NCBI GenBank assembly: GCA_947245515.1
Contig: CAMXQV010000004.1
Location: 1,167-65,166 of the forward strand
Direction of reading: 5' to 3'
DNA: 64,000 nucleotides
From: an uncultured Clostridium sp.
GTDB lineage: Bacteria > Bacillota > Clostridia > TANB77 > CAG-508
Shown: piece by piece, positions 9,099 to 17,644 of the stretch
Position numbering within the stretch: position 1 is the stretch's first letter
Layout: each line of letters starts with the position of its first letter
Translations under genes and position numbers: made by a program
The notes under the pieces: generated by a model
Told to the model about the DNA's origin: nothing
The model's database searches: none
The model's input: the letters and a program-made list of their open reading frames with translations, nothing else

Positions 9099-10745
9099 AT
9101 GAAAATTGCAGCATATGCAAGAGTTTCAACTGAAAAAGAATCACAAGTTGAATCATTTGAAAAGCAAATAGAATTTTTTAATGAATTTACAAAAAAGAAT
9201 GGTTATGAATTGTACAAGCTATATGCAGATGAAGGAATATCAGGAAAGCAAATAAAACACAGAAAGCAGTTTCAACAAATGATGCAAGATGCTAAGCATA
9301 AGAAATTTGATAAAGTAGTTGTAAAAGATGTAAGCCGTTTTGCAAGAAATACAGTAGATTTATTGCAAAGCATAAGAGAACTTAAATCTTATGGAATTGA
9401 AGTAGATTTCTTAAACAATGGAGAAATAATGGAAGGTGGATCTGAGTTTATACTAACCATTTTAGGGGCAATGGCACAGCAAGAAAGTGCAAATATGTCT
9501 AAAAGGGTTAAATTCGGAAAAGACATCACTGCAAAAAAAGGAAGAGTTCCTAACATTGTATTTGGATATGACAAGATACCAGATGAGAGATACATGTTAA
9601 AAATAAATGAAGAAGAAGCAAAAATTGTAAAAGAAATATTTGAAAGCTATGTATATAAAGGAATTGGAACAACAAAAATTGCTTGGGACTTAAATGATAG
9701 AGGAATAAGAACGAAAAAAACAAAATCAAAATGGGTACAAACCTCTATCGTAAGAATGCTTAAAAATCCAATTTATATCGGAAGAGTAACCAATAAAAAA
9801 TCAGAAGTAACAGACTTTATAACAGGAACAAGAAAAGATTTACCAGAAGAAGAATGGATAACAGTAGAAAGACCAGAAATGAGAATTATATCAGATGAGT
9901 TATTTAATAGAGCACAAGAAATACTAGCTCAAAGGTCAAACGAATTTAAACTAAACAATAAAAGAGAAAAAACAGAATATGTATTTAGTACACTTATCTA
10001 TTGCAAACATTGTGGATATTCATTTAGAAGAATAAGAAGAAAATACACAGAAGACGGCAAAGAATATATAAGATGGGTATGTAGTGGAAGAAATTCAATG
10101 GGTGTAAATCATTGTCCTAATACAACTGTTATTGATGAAGAAGAACTTTTAAATGCTATAAAAGAATATTTAAAAAGCATCATTTCAAATAAAAAGAACT
10201 TTATGAAAGCAGTTGAGAAAGAATTTGAAAAGATTACAAAATTAAGAGAAGCGGGTGAAAGAAGCGAAGAAAGTCTTTTACAAGAGATAGAAAAGGTAAC
10301 AGTAAAAAAACAAAAGTATATGGAGATGTTCCAAAACGAAGTAATCAATATACAAGAATTAAAAAAATACACTAATCCATTAAATGAAGATGTAGCAAGA
10401 TTAGAGCGAGAGCTAAAACTAATCACATCAGAAATAAAAGAAAAAGATGTATTAGAAAAAGAACTATCAAAAACAATTAGCACAGTAGATGATATTTTAA
10501 ACAACAAAACAATTACAAATGCTATGTTAAAAACAATCATAGATGTAATAGAAGTAGATAGTGACTCAAATGTAGAAGTAAGACTAAAATTATTAAATGA
10601 AATAGGAAGTACACCATCAGTTATAACTAATTTTAATGAAATCGAAACCAATGTAGGGGCGAGCATTGCTCGTCCGCAAAACGAAAATAATGACATTAAT
10701 TCAACCGTTACGAAAAGTAACAACAGTACACAAAGATGTTTCTGA
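9099..10745 (+). CDS. Large serine recombinase (resolvase/invertase N-terminal domain plus recombinase and zinc-ribbon domains)
   Basis: MKIAAYARVSTEKESQ...SFEKQ (catalytic Ser motif), VVVKDVSRFARN, and a CKHCGYSF...WVCSG...HCPN zinc ribbon with a coiled-coil tail. The ATG at 9099 is preferred over the 9036 track start. The stop lies inside spoIIID-derived DNA. Confidence 0.9.
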   Translation: MKIAAYARVSTEKESQVESFEKQIEFFNEFTKKNGYELYKLYADEGISGKQIKHRKQFQQMMQDAKHKKFDKVVVKDVSRFARNTVDLLQSIRELKSYGIEVDFLNNGEIMEGGSEFILTILGAMAQQESANMSKRVKFGKDITAKKGRVPNIVFGYDKIPDERYMLKINEEEAKIVKEIFESYVYKGIGTTKIAWDLNDRGIRTKKTKSKWVQTSIVRMLKNPIYIGRVTNKKSEVTDFITGTRKDLPEEEWITVERPEMRIISDELFNRAQEILAQRSNEFKLNNKREKTEYVFSTLIYCKHCGYSFRRIRRKYTEDGKEYIRWVCSGRNSMGVNHCPNTTVIDEEELLNAIKEYLKSIISNKKNFMKAVEKEFEKITKLREAGERSEESLLQEIEKVTVKKQKYMEMFQNEVINIQELKKYTNPLNEDVARLERELKLITSEIKEKDVLEKELSKTISTVDDILNNKTITNAMLKTIIDVIEVDSDSNVEVRLKLLNEIGSTPSVITNFNEIETNVGASIARPQNENNDINSTVTKSNNSTQRCF

Positions 10746-10878
10746 ACGATTAAGAAAAATAAATCCTACTCTAGCAAAAGAAGTAAGAAAAATACTAGAT
10801 GAAAATAAAGCAGAAAGACATATAAGAGGAGGAATGGCGACAAAAATGAAATATAGTAAGTTAATAAAGAATAACTAA
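10714..10878 (+). pseudogene. spoIIID: spoIIID, 3' segment only (split or truncated gene)
   Basis: TVHKDVSERLRKINPTLAKEVRKILDENKAERHIRGGMATKMKY aligns with B. subtilis SpoIIID STVHKDLTERLPEINPDLANEVKEILDYHKSIRHLRGGEATKLKY (recalled). The N-terminal ~35 aa are missing. Confidence 0.8.
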
Positions 10879-10920
10879 TAAAAAAGAGGATTAAAAAATG
10901 GCATATTATTGTAAATTATG

Positions 10921-10974
10921 GCTATAATCGCTAGCCCTTTGAGATTTTCTCTTTATAGTTGAAAACTTAAATCG
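10921..10974 (+). repeat. 54-bp hairpin-containing repeat, copy 1 (copy 2 at 52870-52923)
   Basis: GCTATAATCGCTAGCCCTTTGAGATTTTCTCTTTATAGTTGAAAACTTAAATCG against copy 2 has 6 substitutions, mostly in the loop or giving G-U pairs. Confidence 0.7.
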
Positions 10975-11022
10975 TAGATATCTTAGTTCCATAAACAAAA
11001 TAAAATAAGTTATGTAGAGCAG

Positions 11023-11080
11023 ATGAATATGGCAGAAGCAAGATTTTATAGCAGTTTGCAATGTGTACAAAATCTTGTTT
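11023..11080 (+). terminator. Rho-independent terminator (long loop)
   Basis: CAGAAGCAAGATTTT (11023-11037) pairs with AAAATCTTGTTTCTG (11059-11073), then T7. Confidence 0.55.
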
Positions 11081-11226
11081 CTGTTTTTTTGCAGTATATT
11101 TTTTGAAAGCGGATACAATATAAGTCTAAAGTTAATGTCACCTTAATACAAAATTTGACATAAAATATAATAGCCAAGTGGTAAGTAGGGAAGTTAAAAA
11201 ATACTCCTGAATATTGAGGTGATACA

Positions 11227-12075
11227 ATGAAAAAGGTAAACAAAGGTGACATAGTTGGAAGAAAATCTTATAAAAAGGATGTTATATTCACAGTAAAAAA
11301 TATAATAGAAACAAGAAATGGGAAAATAGCAATATTAAAAGGAATTACAAAAAGAGTAGAAGCAGATTGTCAAATAGAAGACTTAGAATTAATACAAAAA
11401 CAAGAACTAAAAAAGGTAATAAAGGAATTAGATAAGAATATTGAAAAAAGAATTCAACAAAATAAAAGAAAAGAAGAAGATAAAAATTACACAATAGGAC
11501 TATTAACAAAAAACAATAGAAGTAAAGAAAAAATAATAACAGGAAAAATCCTACATTTAGATGGAGACAAGAAATATAGTGAAAAATCCTATAGATATTA
11601 CCAAAAATTAGGCTTAAATGCGATAGTAAAAAACATTCCAGAATATAAACAACCAAAAGTTGTATACAATTTATTAGAAATATATAATCCAGATATACTA
11701 GTAATAACTGGACATGATGGAATGATAAAAAAAGGAAGAGATTATCACAATGTATACAACTACAGGAACTCGAGACATTTTATTAATACAGTAAAAGAAG
11801 CTAGAAGATATGATAGTGAATATAAAAGAAATTTAGTAATATTTGCAGGAGCTTGTCAAAGCTATTTTGAAGCAATAATTTCAGCTGGTGCCAATTTTGC
11901 TTCATCACCAGCAAGAATTCTAATTGATTTTTTAGATCCATTAGTAGTAGCAGAAAAGGTTGCGTTTACAGAAAAATATAAGTACATTACAATTGATGAT
12001 ATAGCAAAAGAAATAAGAGATGGAAAGAGAGGGATTAGTGGCATAGGAGCAAATGGAAAAATGACTATAGAGTAA
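11227..12075 (+). CDS. yabG: Sporulation-specific protease YabG (peptidase U57)
   Basis: N-terminus KGDIVGRKSYKKDVIFTV...GKIAILKGI and C-terminus ITGHDG...VIFAGACQSYFEAIISAGANFASSP are the typical YabG pattern. Confidence 0.85.
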   Translation: MKKVNKGDIVGRKSYKKDVIFTVKNIIETRNGKIAILKGITKRVEADCQIEDLELIQKQELKKVIKELDKNIEKRIQQNKRKEEDKNYTIGLLTKNNRSKEKIITGKILHLDGDKKYSEKSYRYYQKLGLNAIVKNIPEYKQPKVVYNLLEIYNPDILVITGHDGMIKKGRDYHNVYNYRNSRHFINTVKEARRYDSEYKRNLVIFAGACQSYFEAIISAGANFASSPARILIDFLDPLVVAEKVAFTEKYKYITIDDIAKEIRDGKRGISGIGANGKMTIE

Positions 12076-12185
12076 GATGTAATAATTCTGTAATATAATT
12101 GTAAAAAAAATGTAAAGAATAAGAAGAAATCAAAGAATACTTTGAAATTAAAGGGATACATTAATTCGATAATAAGTAACAATTT

Positions 12186-12214
12186 TTGACTTTTACAATT
12201 GATAATGCTATAAT
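12186..12214 (+). promoter_or_regulatory. Strong sigma-A promoter of veg
   Basis: TTGACT (12186-12191), a 17-nt spacer, then TGcTATAAT (extended -10, TATAAT at 12209-12214). Confidence 0.7.
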
Positions 12215-12245
12215 CAAGCTATCTTAAGAGAGTGGGTGATAGCTA

Positions 12246-12542
12246 ATGATTTGTAGAACAGATATTGCAAATTTAAAAACAGACATTTTAGATAAAGTGG
12301 GTCAAAAGATAATAGTAAAGGGATCTTTAGGAAGAAGTAAGATTTTTGAAAAAGAAGCTACCATAGAAAAAGCATATCCAAATATTTTCGTTGTAAAATA
12401 TGAGGAGAATGATAGAAATGTAACATATAGTTATACAGATGTATTAACAAGAACAGTTGAAGTAGAAGTATTTGATGGTGACTCATATTCACCATTAATA
12501 CCACAAGCAGTAGAAAGCAAGAAGAAAAAAGAAATACTATAA
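12246..12542 (+). CDS. veg: Veg protein
   Basis: GQKIIVKGSLGRSKIFEKEATIEKAYPNIFVVKY...VTYSYTDVLTRTVEV matches Veg. Confidence 0.85.
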   Translation: MICRTDIANLKTDILDKVGQKIIVKGSLGRSKIFEKEATIEKAYPNIFVVKYEENDRNVTYSYTDVLTRTVEVEVFDGDSYSPLIPQAVESKKKKEIL

Positions 12543-12545
12543 AAA

Positions 12546-12589
12546 AGAAAACTATTAATAATTATGATTATTAGTAGTTTTCTTTTTTA
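12546..12589 (+). terminator. Rho-independent terminator of veg
   Basis: A 17-bp stem AGAAAACTATTAATAAT / ATTATTAGTAGTTTTCT followed by a T-run. Confidence 0.7.
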
Positions 12590-12813
12590 TATAAATTTAT
12601 AAAATAAATTTGGTATATGGTCAAATAAGGAAGTTAATATAATATCATAAATCTCTGTAGATAACTTAGAATTGCTAACATAAGTGAGATAGAACTAAGT
12701 TATGCAAAAAATATAAATATAGCTGAGTTAAAAAATGTATTTTTATTTTTATGTCATAAAAATACACTATTTTAAATATACATATTATAAAGAAAAAAAA
12801 GGAGGTAAACCAT

Positions 12814-14385
12814 ATGGTTGTAGATACAGTAAAAGAAAATCTATGTGTTAATAAATTGGTAGCAACAAAAAAAGAAATCATACTAGTTGAAGGAGATATA
12901 ATAGTTCCAGATTCAAAACCAGATATTTTAAATACAATTTGTACAAGTGGCAAGGTATGTGTATATAAAAAAGAAGTGTTAGACGAAAAAGTAAGATTAG
13001 ATGGAACTATAAATGCATATATAATGTATTTAGCAGATGATAGTGAAAATAAAATAAGAGGAATAAATACAAGTATAGATTTTTCTGAATCAATACAAAT
13101 TGCAAATTGCCAATCAGGAATGAATTGCAAATTAGAAACAAAATTAAAATCAATAGAATCAAAAATAATAAATGGTAGAAAAATAGGTATAAAAGCAACA
13201 CTAGAAGTTAATATAAAGATATATTCAAGAGAAGATATAGAAATAGTAAATAGTATACAAAACGCAGAAGGTATACAAATGCTAAAGGAAGAATTAAAAG
13301 TAAATTCTTTAGTAGGTATGGGAGAAAACAAAATATTTGCAAAAGATACAGTTACAATAGACAAAACAGATAATTTAGCTGAAATATTAAAAAGTAATGT
13401 AGAAATTTGTGATAAAGACATCAAAGTAAGTTATAATAAAATACTTACAAAAGCAGAGGCAGAAGTAAAAATAATGTACTTAACTGAAGATAACAGAATA
13501 AATTGTGTTACAGCCAAAATACCTGTTGTAGGATTTATTGATATACCAAAGGTTACAGAAGAAAATATATGCGATGTTCAATATGAAATTAGAAATATAA
13601 TAATAAAGCCAAATTCATCAGAAGAACATTCAATTTATATTGAAATAGAAATAGGTGTAACAGCAGTAGTATATGAAGAAAAACAAATAAACCTTATACA
13701 AGATTTGTATAGCCCATGTGAGAATTTAGAATTCAATAAAAAGAAAATAAAAACAATCACAGATAAAAAATGTAATAAAGAATTAAAACAAATTAGAGAG
13801 AAAGTTACTTTAGAAGGAATTAATAATAAAAAAATTATAGATGTAGATGTTATTCCAATTATTGAAAATGAAAATAAACTAAATTCAAGGATTATATATG
13901 AAGGAAAAGTAGAATTAAGATTTGTATTAGCAAATGGAGATTTAGAAGTTGAAACAAAGCAAGCAGAAATACCGTTTGAATATACTATAGAAAATTTGGA
14001 AAAGGGTGAAAATATAAATACTAATATGGATATAGAAATAGCAAATCAAGACTTTATTGTTCAAGATGGAGGTATTGTAACAAGTAATATTGATATGATG
14101 ATGAATATGGATTCTTATCGTGATACAAATTTAAATATTATGGATGAAATACAAACAAATGGTGAACGAGAAGCAGAGGATTATAGTATAATTTTATATA
14201 TAGTAAAAAAAGATGATAGTTTATGGAAAATAGCAAAGAAATTTGGCAGCACGGTAGAAGATATTGTAAGAACAAATGGAATAGAGGATGAAAATAAAAT
14301 TAATGTGGGACAAAAATTATATATACCAAAATATGTAAAAGCTATAAATAAAAGACAAAGTCCTCCTGTTGTAACCTATGCATAA
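12814..14385 (+). CDS. DUF3794-repeat protein with a C-terminal LysM domain (SipL/SpoVID-like spore morphogenetic protein)
   Basis: The C-terminal LysM is YIVKKDDSLWKIAKKFGSTVEDIVRTNGI...INVGQKLYIP. N-terminus VPDSKPDIL is typical of DUF3794. The yabG-veg-sipL synteny is recalled from C. difficile. Confidence 0.6.
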   Translation: MVVDTVKENLCVNKLVATKKEIILVEGDIIVPDSKPDILNTICTSGKVCVYKKEVLDEKVRLDGTINAYIMYLADDSENKIRGINTSIDFSESIQIANCQSGMNCKLETKLKSIESKIINGRKIGIKATLEVNIKIYSREDIEIVNSIQNAEGIQMLKEELKVNSLVGMGENKIFAKDTVTIDKTDNLAEILKSNVEICDKDIKVSYNKILTKAEAEVKIMYLTEDNRINCVTAKIPVVGFIDIPKVTEENICDVQYEIRNIIIKPNSSEEHSIYIEIEIGVTAVVYEEKQINLIQDLYSPCENLEFNKKKIKTITDKKCNKELKQIREKVTLEGINNKKIIDVDVIPIIENENKLNSRIIYEGKVELRFVLANGDLEVETKQAEIPFEYTIENLEKGENINTNMDIEIANQDFIVQDGGIVTSNIDMMMNMDSYRDTNLNIMDEIQTNGEREAEDYSIILYIVKKDDSLWKIAKKFGSTVEDIVRTNGIEDENKINVGQKLYIPKYVKAINKRQSPPVVTYA

Positions 14386-15097
14386 AATATATTCAAGACC
14401 ACGTTTAAGAATACCAAATTTAAATATAGGTAAAGATAGAAATCCAAAAACAGATAAAAAAAGAAAAAGATACACAATTATACTTATCTTAATAATTGCA
14501 TTTAGTACACTCAAATTAGTGCTAGATGCAGTTTTGCCAATTTTTGATACTTTATGTGAAAATAGAGCTAGATCAATTGCTACAATTATATCTAATGAAG
14601 AAGCTACAAAGGTCATGACACAGCATTCCTATGATGATTTATTTACAATAGAAAAGGATAAAAATGGTAATATAACTATGCTAAAATCTAATGTTATTTC
14701 AATTAACGAAATAATTTCAGATGTTGCTATAAAAATTCAAAATCAAATAGATAATAAAGGGAAAGAAAACATCGAAATTGCATTAGGTAGTTTTACTGGA
14801 CTTAAACTACTTGCTGGAAGAGGACCAGGTGTACGAATTCGTATTTCTTCTATTGGTAGTGTTGAAACTGATTTAAAAAGTGAGTTTGTTTCACAAGGTA
14901 TTAACCAAACTCTTCATAGAGTTTATTTGCAAGTAAAATGCAAGGTTAATATTTTGACTCCTTTTGATAGTATTGAAAGGGAAATTACTAATCAGATTCT
15001 ATTGGTTGAAAATGTAATTGTTGGTAATATTCCTAATTCCTATTACAATTTGGAAGGAATTAATGGAACAAGTGATGCTTTAGAAGTAATAGAATAA
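14378..15097 (+). CDS. yunB: Sporulation protein YunB
   Basis: An N-terminal TM segment, then GSFTGLKLLAGRGPGVRIRISSIGSVETDLKSEFVSQGINQTLHRVYLQVKCKVNILTPF. Confidence 0.8.
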   Translation: MHKIYSRPRLRIPNLNIGKDRNPKTDKKRKRYTIILILIIAFSTLKLVLDAVLPIFDTLCENRARSIATIISNEEATKVMTQHSYDDLFTIEKDKNGNITMLKSNVISINEIISDVAIKIQNQIDNKGKENIEIALGSFTGLKLLAGRGPGVRIRISSIGSVETDLKSEFVSQGINQTLHRVYLQVKCKVNILTPFDSIEREITNQILLVENVIVGNIPNSYYNLEGINGTSDALEVIE

Positions 15098-15253
15098 TTT
15101 ATTGACTAATTAAATTTATTAATAAATAATTTAAATTTTAGTTTTTAAGGTTAGTTCTATATTAGAACTAACCTTAAAAAAATAAAATTTCATTTAAAAG
15201 GCTATTGAATAATTTTGTTATATTTATTATAATAAAAATAAATAGGAGGAAAT

Positions 15254-16390
15254 ATGAAAGAAAGTCCAGAATTAAAAGAATTAAATATAAGATTATTAGA
15301 AATAATAAAGGATTGCAAATCAGAAGAAGGAGTAACTAAATTACAAGAAATATATGACAATTTAAATGGAAATCAATCCTTACAAGTAACAGGATTTAAA
15401 GAAAAGGTAAAGAATTTTTTGCATAATTTATCTTCTAAGTATAAAATGCAAAAGATACAAGAGAAAATAGAGCTAGCAAAGGGGGAAACCCTAGATGCAA
15501 TTAAAAAATATATATTTACTACAAACATAATGAAAAAGAGTAATAGTATAATAAAGGACATGCCATCTGACTTAGCAGTATCTATTAATAATGTATTAGA
15601 TTTAGGATTAGGTTTAGAATTTAGTGACAAAACAGTAAAACGATATCCAATTATATTATCACAAGAAATAAAAGAAAAGGGATATGATAAAGCAATAAAT
15701 ATAATGGCAAAAAATTATTTAGATAATTCTACTACTCAAGAGCAAATTATACAAAGATATAGAGCACAATGTAGAAAAAAAGTAAGCGATATAGAAGATA
15801 AAAGTAGAGGTTATGAAATAGAACCATATTATGGAACTAAAGAATTAATGGAATCTAGAATTCAATATATAAAAGAATGTATGGAGAAGATGTTACAAGC
15901 AGAAGAGTTTAAAGGTAGAGAGGATATAAAAGATCATATAAGTAGAACTAGTGAAATATTGTCAGAATATGAGAATGCCTCATTAAGTAGTAAATCTATT
16001 GAAGAACAAAAAGGTACTTATAAAAAGTTAGAAACTTTTTATAAAGAAGTAATAGATCTGGAAGAAAAATTATCTCCAGAAGTAGCAAAAGTTTGGAAAG
16101 AAAAAATATCTTCAGTTGAGCAATATTCTAAAGATAAAGATTTTGCATTCTTAGCACGTACAATTACAAATGGAGAAAAAGATATAAAAGACGTAAAAAA
16201 GATATCTACACAATATATTACATCAAAAACACTAACCTTAAAGGGAGATTATGGAGTTTTATATACACCAAATATAGATAATATAGTTGCAATATCTTCA
16301 GAAGATGTACAAAATTGGAAGATATCAAAAGAAGACTTTATTAATAGCCGGATTTTCAAAAGAATATCAATATGCAACACCTATAGATGA
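15254..16390 (+). CDS. Hypothetical protein, probable 5' part of a frameshifted gene
   Basis: An AGGAGG RBS precedes the ORF. No family recognised. It overlaps the next ORF by 104 nt in another frame. Confidence 0.5.
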   Translation: MKESPELKELNIRLLEIIKDCKSEEGVTKLQEIYDNLNGNQSLQVTGFKEKVKNFLHNLSSKYKMQKIQEKIELAKGETLDAIKKYIFTTNIMKKSNSIIKDMPSDLAVSINNVLDLGLGLEFSDKTVKRYPIILSQEIKEKGYDKAINIMAKNYLDNSTTQEQIIQRYRAQCRKKVSDIEDKSRGYEIEPYYGTKELMESRIQYIKECMEKMLQAEEFKGREDIKDHISRTSEILSEYENASLSSKSIEEQKGTYKKLETFYKEVIDLEEKLSPEVAKVWKEKISSVEQYSKDKDFAFLARTITNGEKDIKDVKKISTQYITSKTLTLKGDYGVLYTPNIDNIVAISSEDVQNWKISKEDFINSRIFKRISICNTYR

Positions 16391-16748
16391 TCAAGGAAAT
16401 AGGATATTTTTTGAATTTCCAGCTACACAATCAACTTTAGCATTACCAGATGATATAGAAAAAGAAACCATTAATAGAACACTAGAAGAAAATGGAGAAA
16501 TGCTAAATTATGATAAAGAAACTCCATGTAACAGAATTGTAATGACGAATAAAAATGAGGACTTAAATCAACTTGCAGTATTTACAATATCGAAGAACCC
16601 AACAACAATAAAAAAAGCAAAAGCTTTGAGTGAAAAATTAGGAATTCCTTTTGTTGAGATTGACAAAGAAATATGTAGAGAAAGATGTGGATTAAATCCT
16701 TTAACAGAAAAAGAAACAAAACAAAAAAGAGAGGGTCAAAGTTTGTAA
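16287..16748 (+). CDS. Hypothetical protein, probable 3' part of the same frameshifted gene
   Basis: There is no RBS of its own, and its frame is open across the overlap with 15254-16390. Confidence 0.4.
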   Translation: MQYLQKMYKIGRYQKKTLLIAGFSKEYQYATPIDDQGNRIFFEFPATQSTLALPDDIEKETINRTLEENGEMLNYDKETPCNRIVMTNKNEDLNQLAVFTISKNPTTIKKAKALSEKLGIPFVEIDKEICRERCGLNPLTEKETKQKREGQSL

Positions 16749-16791
16749 GGTACAAAATTTATTAGTCAAAAATTAAAAGGAGAATTTTAGA

Positions 16792-17109
16792 TTGTACTAT
16801 ATTTATATGTTAAGATGTAAGGATAATTCGATATATACTGGAATAACAAAGGATTTACAGAGAAGAATGAAGGAGCATTTTGAAAAAAGTGAAAAATGTG
16901 CAAAATATACCTTAAGTCATAATGCAATTAAATTGGAAAGAGTTTGGGAAACTACTACAAAATCTTTTGCATCAAAACTAGAATATTATATAAAAAAATT
17001 ATCAAAAGCTAAAAAGGAAAGTTTAGCGAAAGGCAATAGTGAAATTGAAGATGTTTTATTAGATAAAATAGATGAAACTTTATATAGTATATATGTATTT
17101 AAAAAGTGA
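16792..17109 (+). CDS. GIY-YIG nuclease family protein (UPF0213-like)
   Basis: YYIYMLRCKDNSIYTGITKDLQRRMKEH is the GIY-YIG motif. The start is TTG, with a GGAG RBS 9 nt upstream. Confidence 0.8.
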   Translation: MYYIYMLRCKDNSIYTGITKDLQRRMKEHFEKSEKCAKYTLSHNAIKLERVWETTTKSFASKLEYYIKKLSKAKKESLAKGNSEIEDVLLDKIDETLYSIYVFKK

Positions 17110-17156
17110 TTGTGTATATTGCTAATTAGTTTATAAAATAGAGGAGGAAACCCAAT

Positions 17157-17606
17157 ATGATTAATGTAGTAATAGGTATAATTACTTATGGAGATAAAAT
17201 ATTATTAATAAAAAGAGAAAGAGGAGATTTTATAGGTCTTTATGGATTACCAGGAGGAAAAGTTGAAGAGTGTGAACACATAGATGTAGCAATAAAAAGA
17301 GAGATTGAAGAAGAACTAGGCTTGAAATTAAAATTTAATAGTGTATTAGGTATTGCTACAGAAATCATGCATGATAAAAACTCAACTACTATATTATATT
17401 GTTGTGAATTATTAATGGACACAAATCAAGAAATATCAAATCCTGAATTTGAATATAAATGGTTTTCAAAACAAGAATTAATCAATTCCAATTCTATTAT
17501 AGAAAGTGACAAAATAATGATAAAGAGTTTTTATAGTGATAAAGAAACAAATTATATAAAACTAGATTGTTATAAAGATGAAGAGGAAAGATATTTTTGG
17601 AAATAA
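17157..17606 (+). CDS. NUDIX hydrolase
   Basis: Nudix box GLPGGKVEECEHIDVAIKREIEEELGL. Confidence 0.85.
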   Translation: MINVVIGIITYGDKILLIKRERGDFIGLYGLPGGKVEECEHIDVAIKREIEEELGLKLKFNSVLGIATEIMHDKNSTTILYCCELLMDTNQEISNPEFEYKWFSKQELINSNSIIESDKIMIKSFYSDKETNYIKLDCYKDEEERYFWK

Positions 17607-17644
17607 CTATTATAATATATAAAATTGATAATGTCTAATATTAT

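Larger units (their letters stand above)
241..10722 (+). mobile_element. Integrated mobilizable element (RepL + MobV/oriT + cargo + terminal large serine recombinase); the right end lies inside spoIIID and the left end is not defined in this window
   Basis: Contiguous plasmid and transposon hallmark genes. The right boundary is inferred where SpoIIID homology begins (~10714-10723). The left boundary may lie upstream of base 1. Confidence 0.6.

Noticed and set aside
10109-10723. 204-aa minus-strand ORF inside the serine recombinase gene
   Set aside because: It is antisense to a well-supported CDS. It has a low-complexity S/F/L-rich translation typical of the reverse strand of A-rich coding DNA, and no RBS.
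12675-13424. 249-aa minus-strand ORF overlapping the SipL-like gene and its promoter region
   Set aside because: It is antisense to a gene with recognisable DUF3794/LysM features. Its composition is hydrophobic and low-complexity, and it crosses an intergenic terminator and promoter region.
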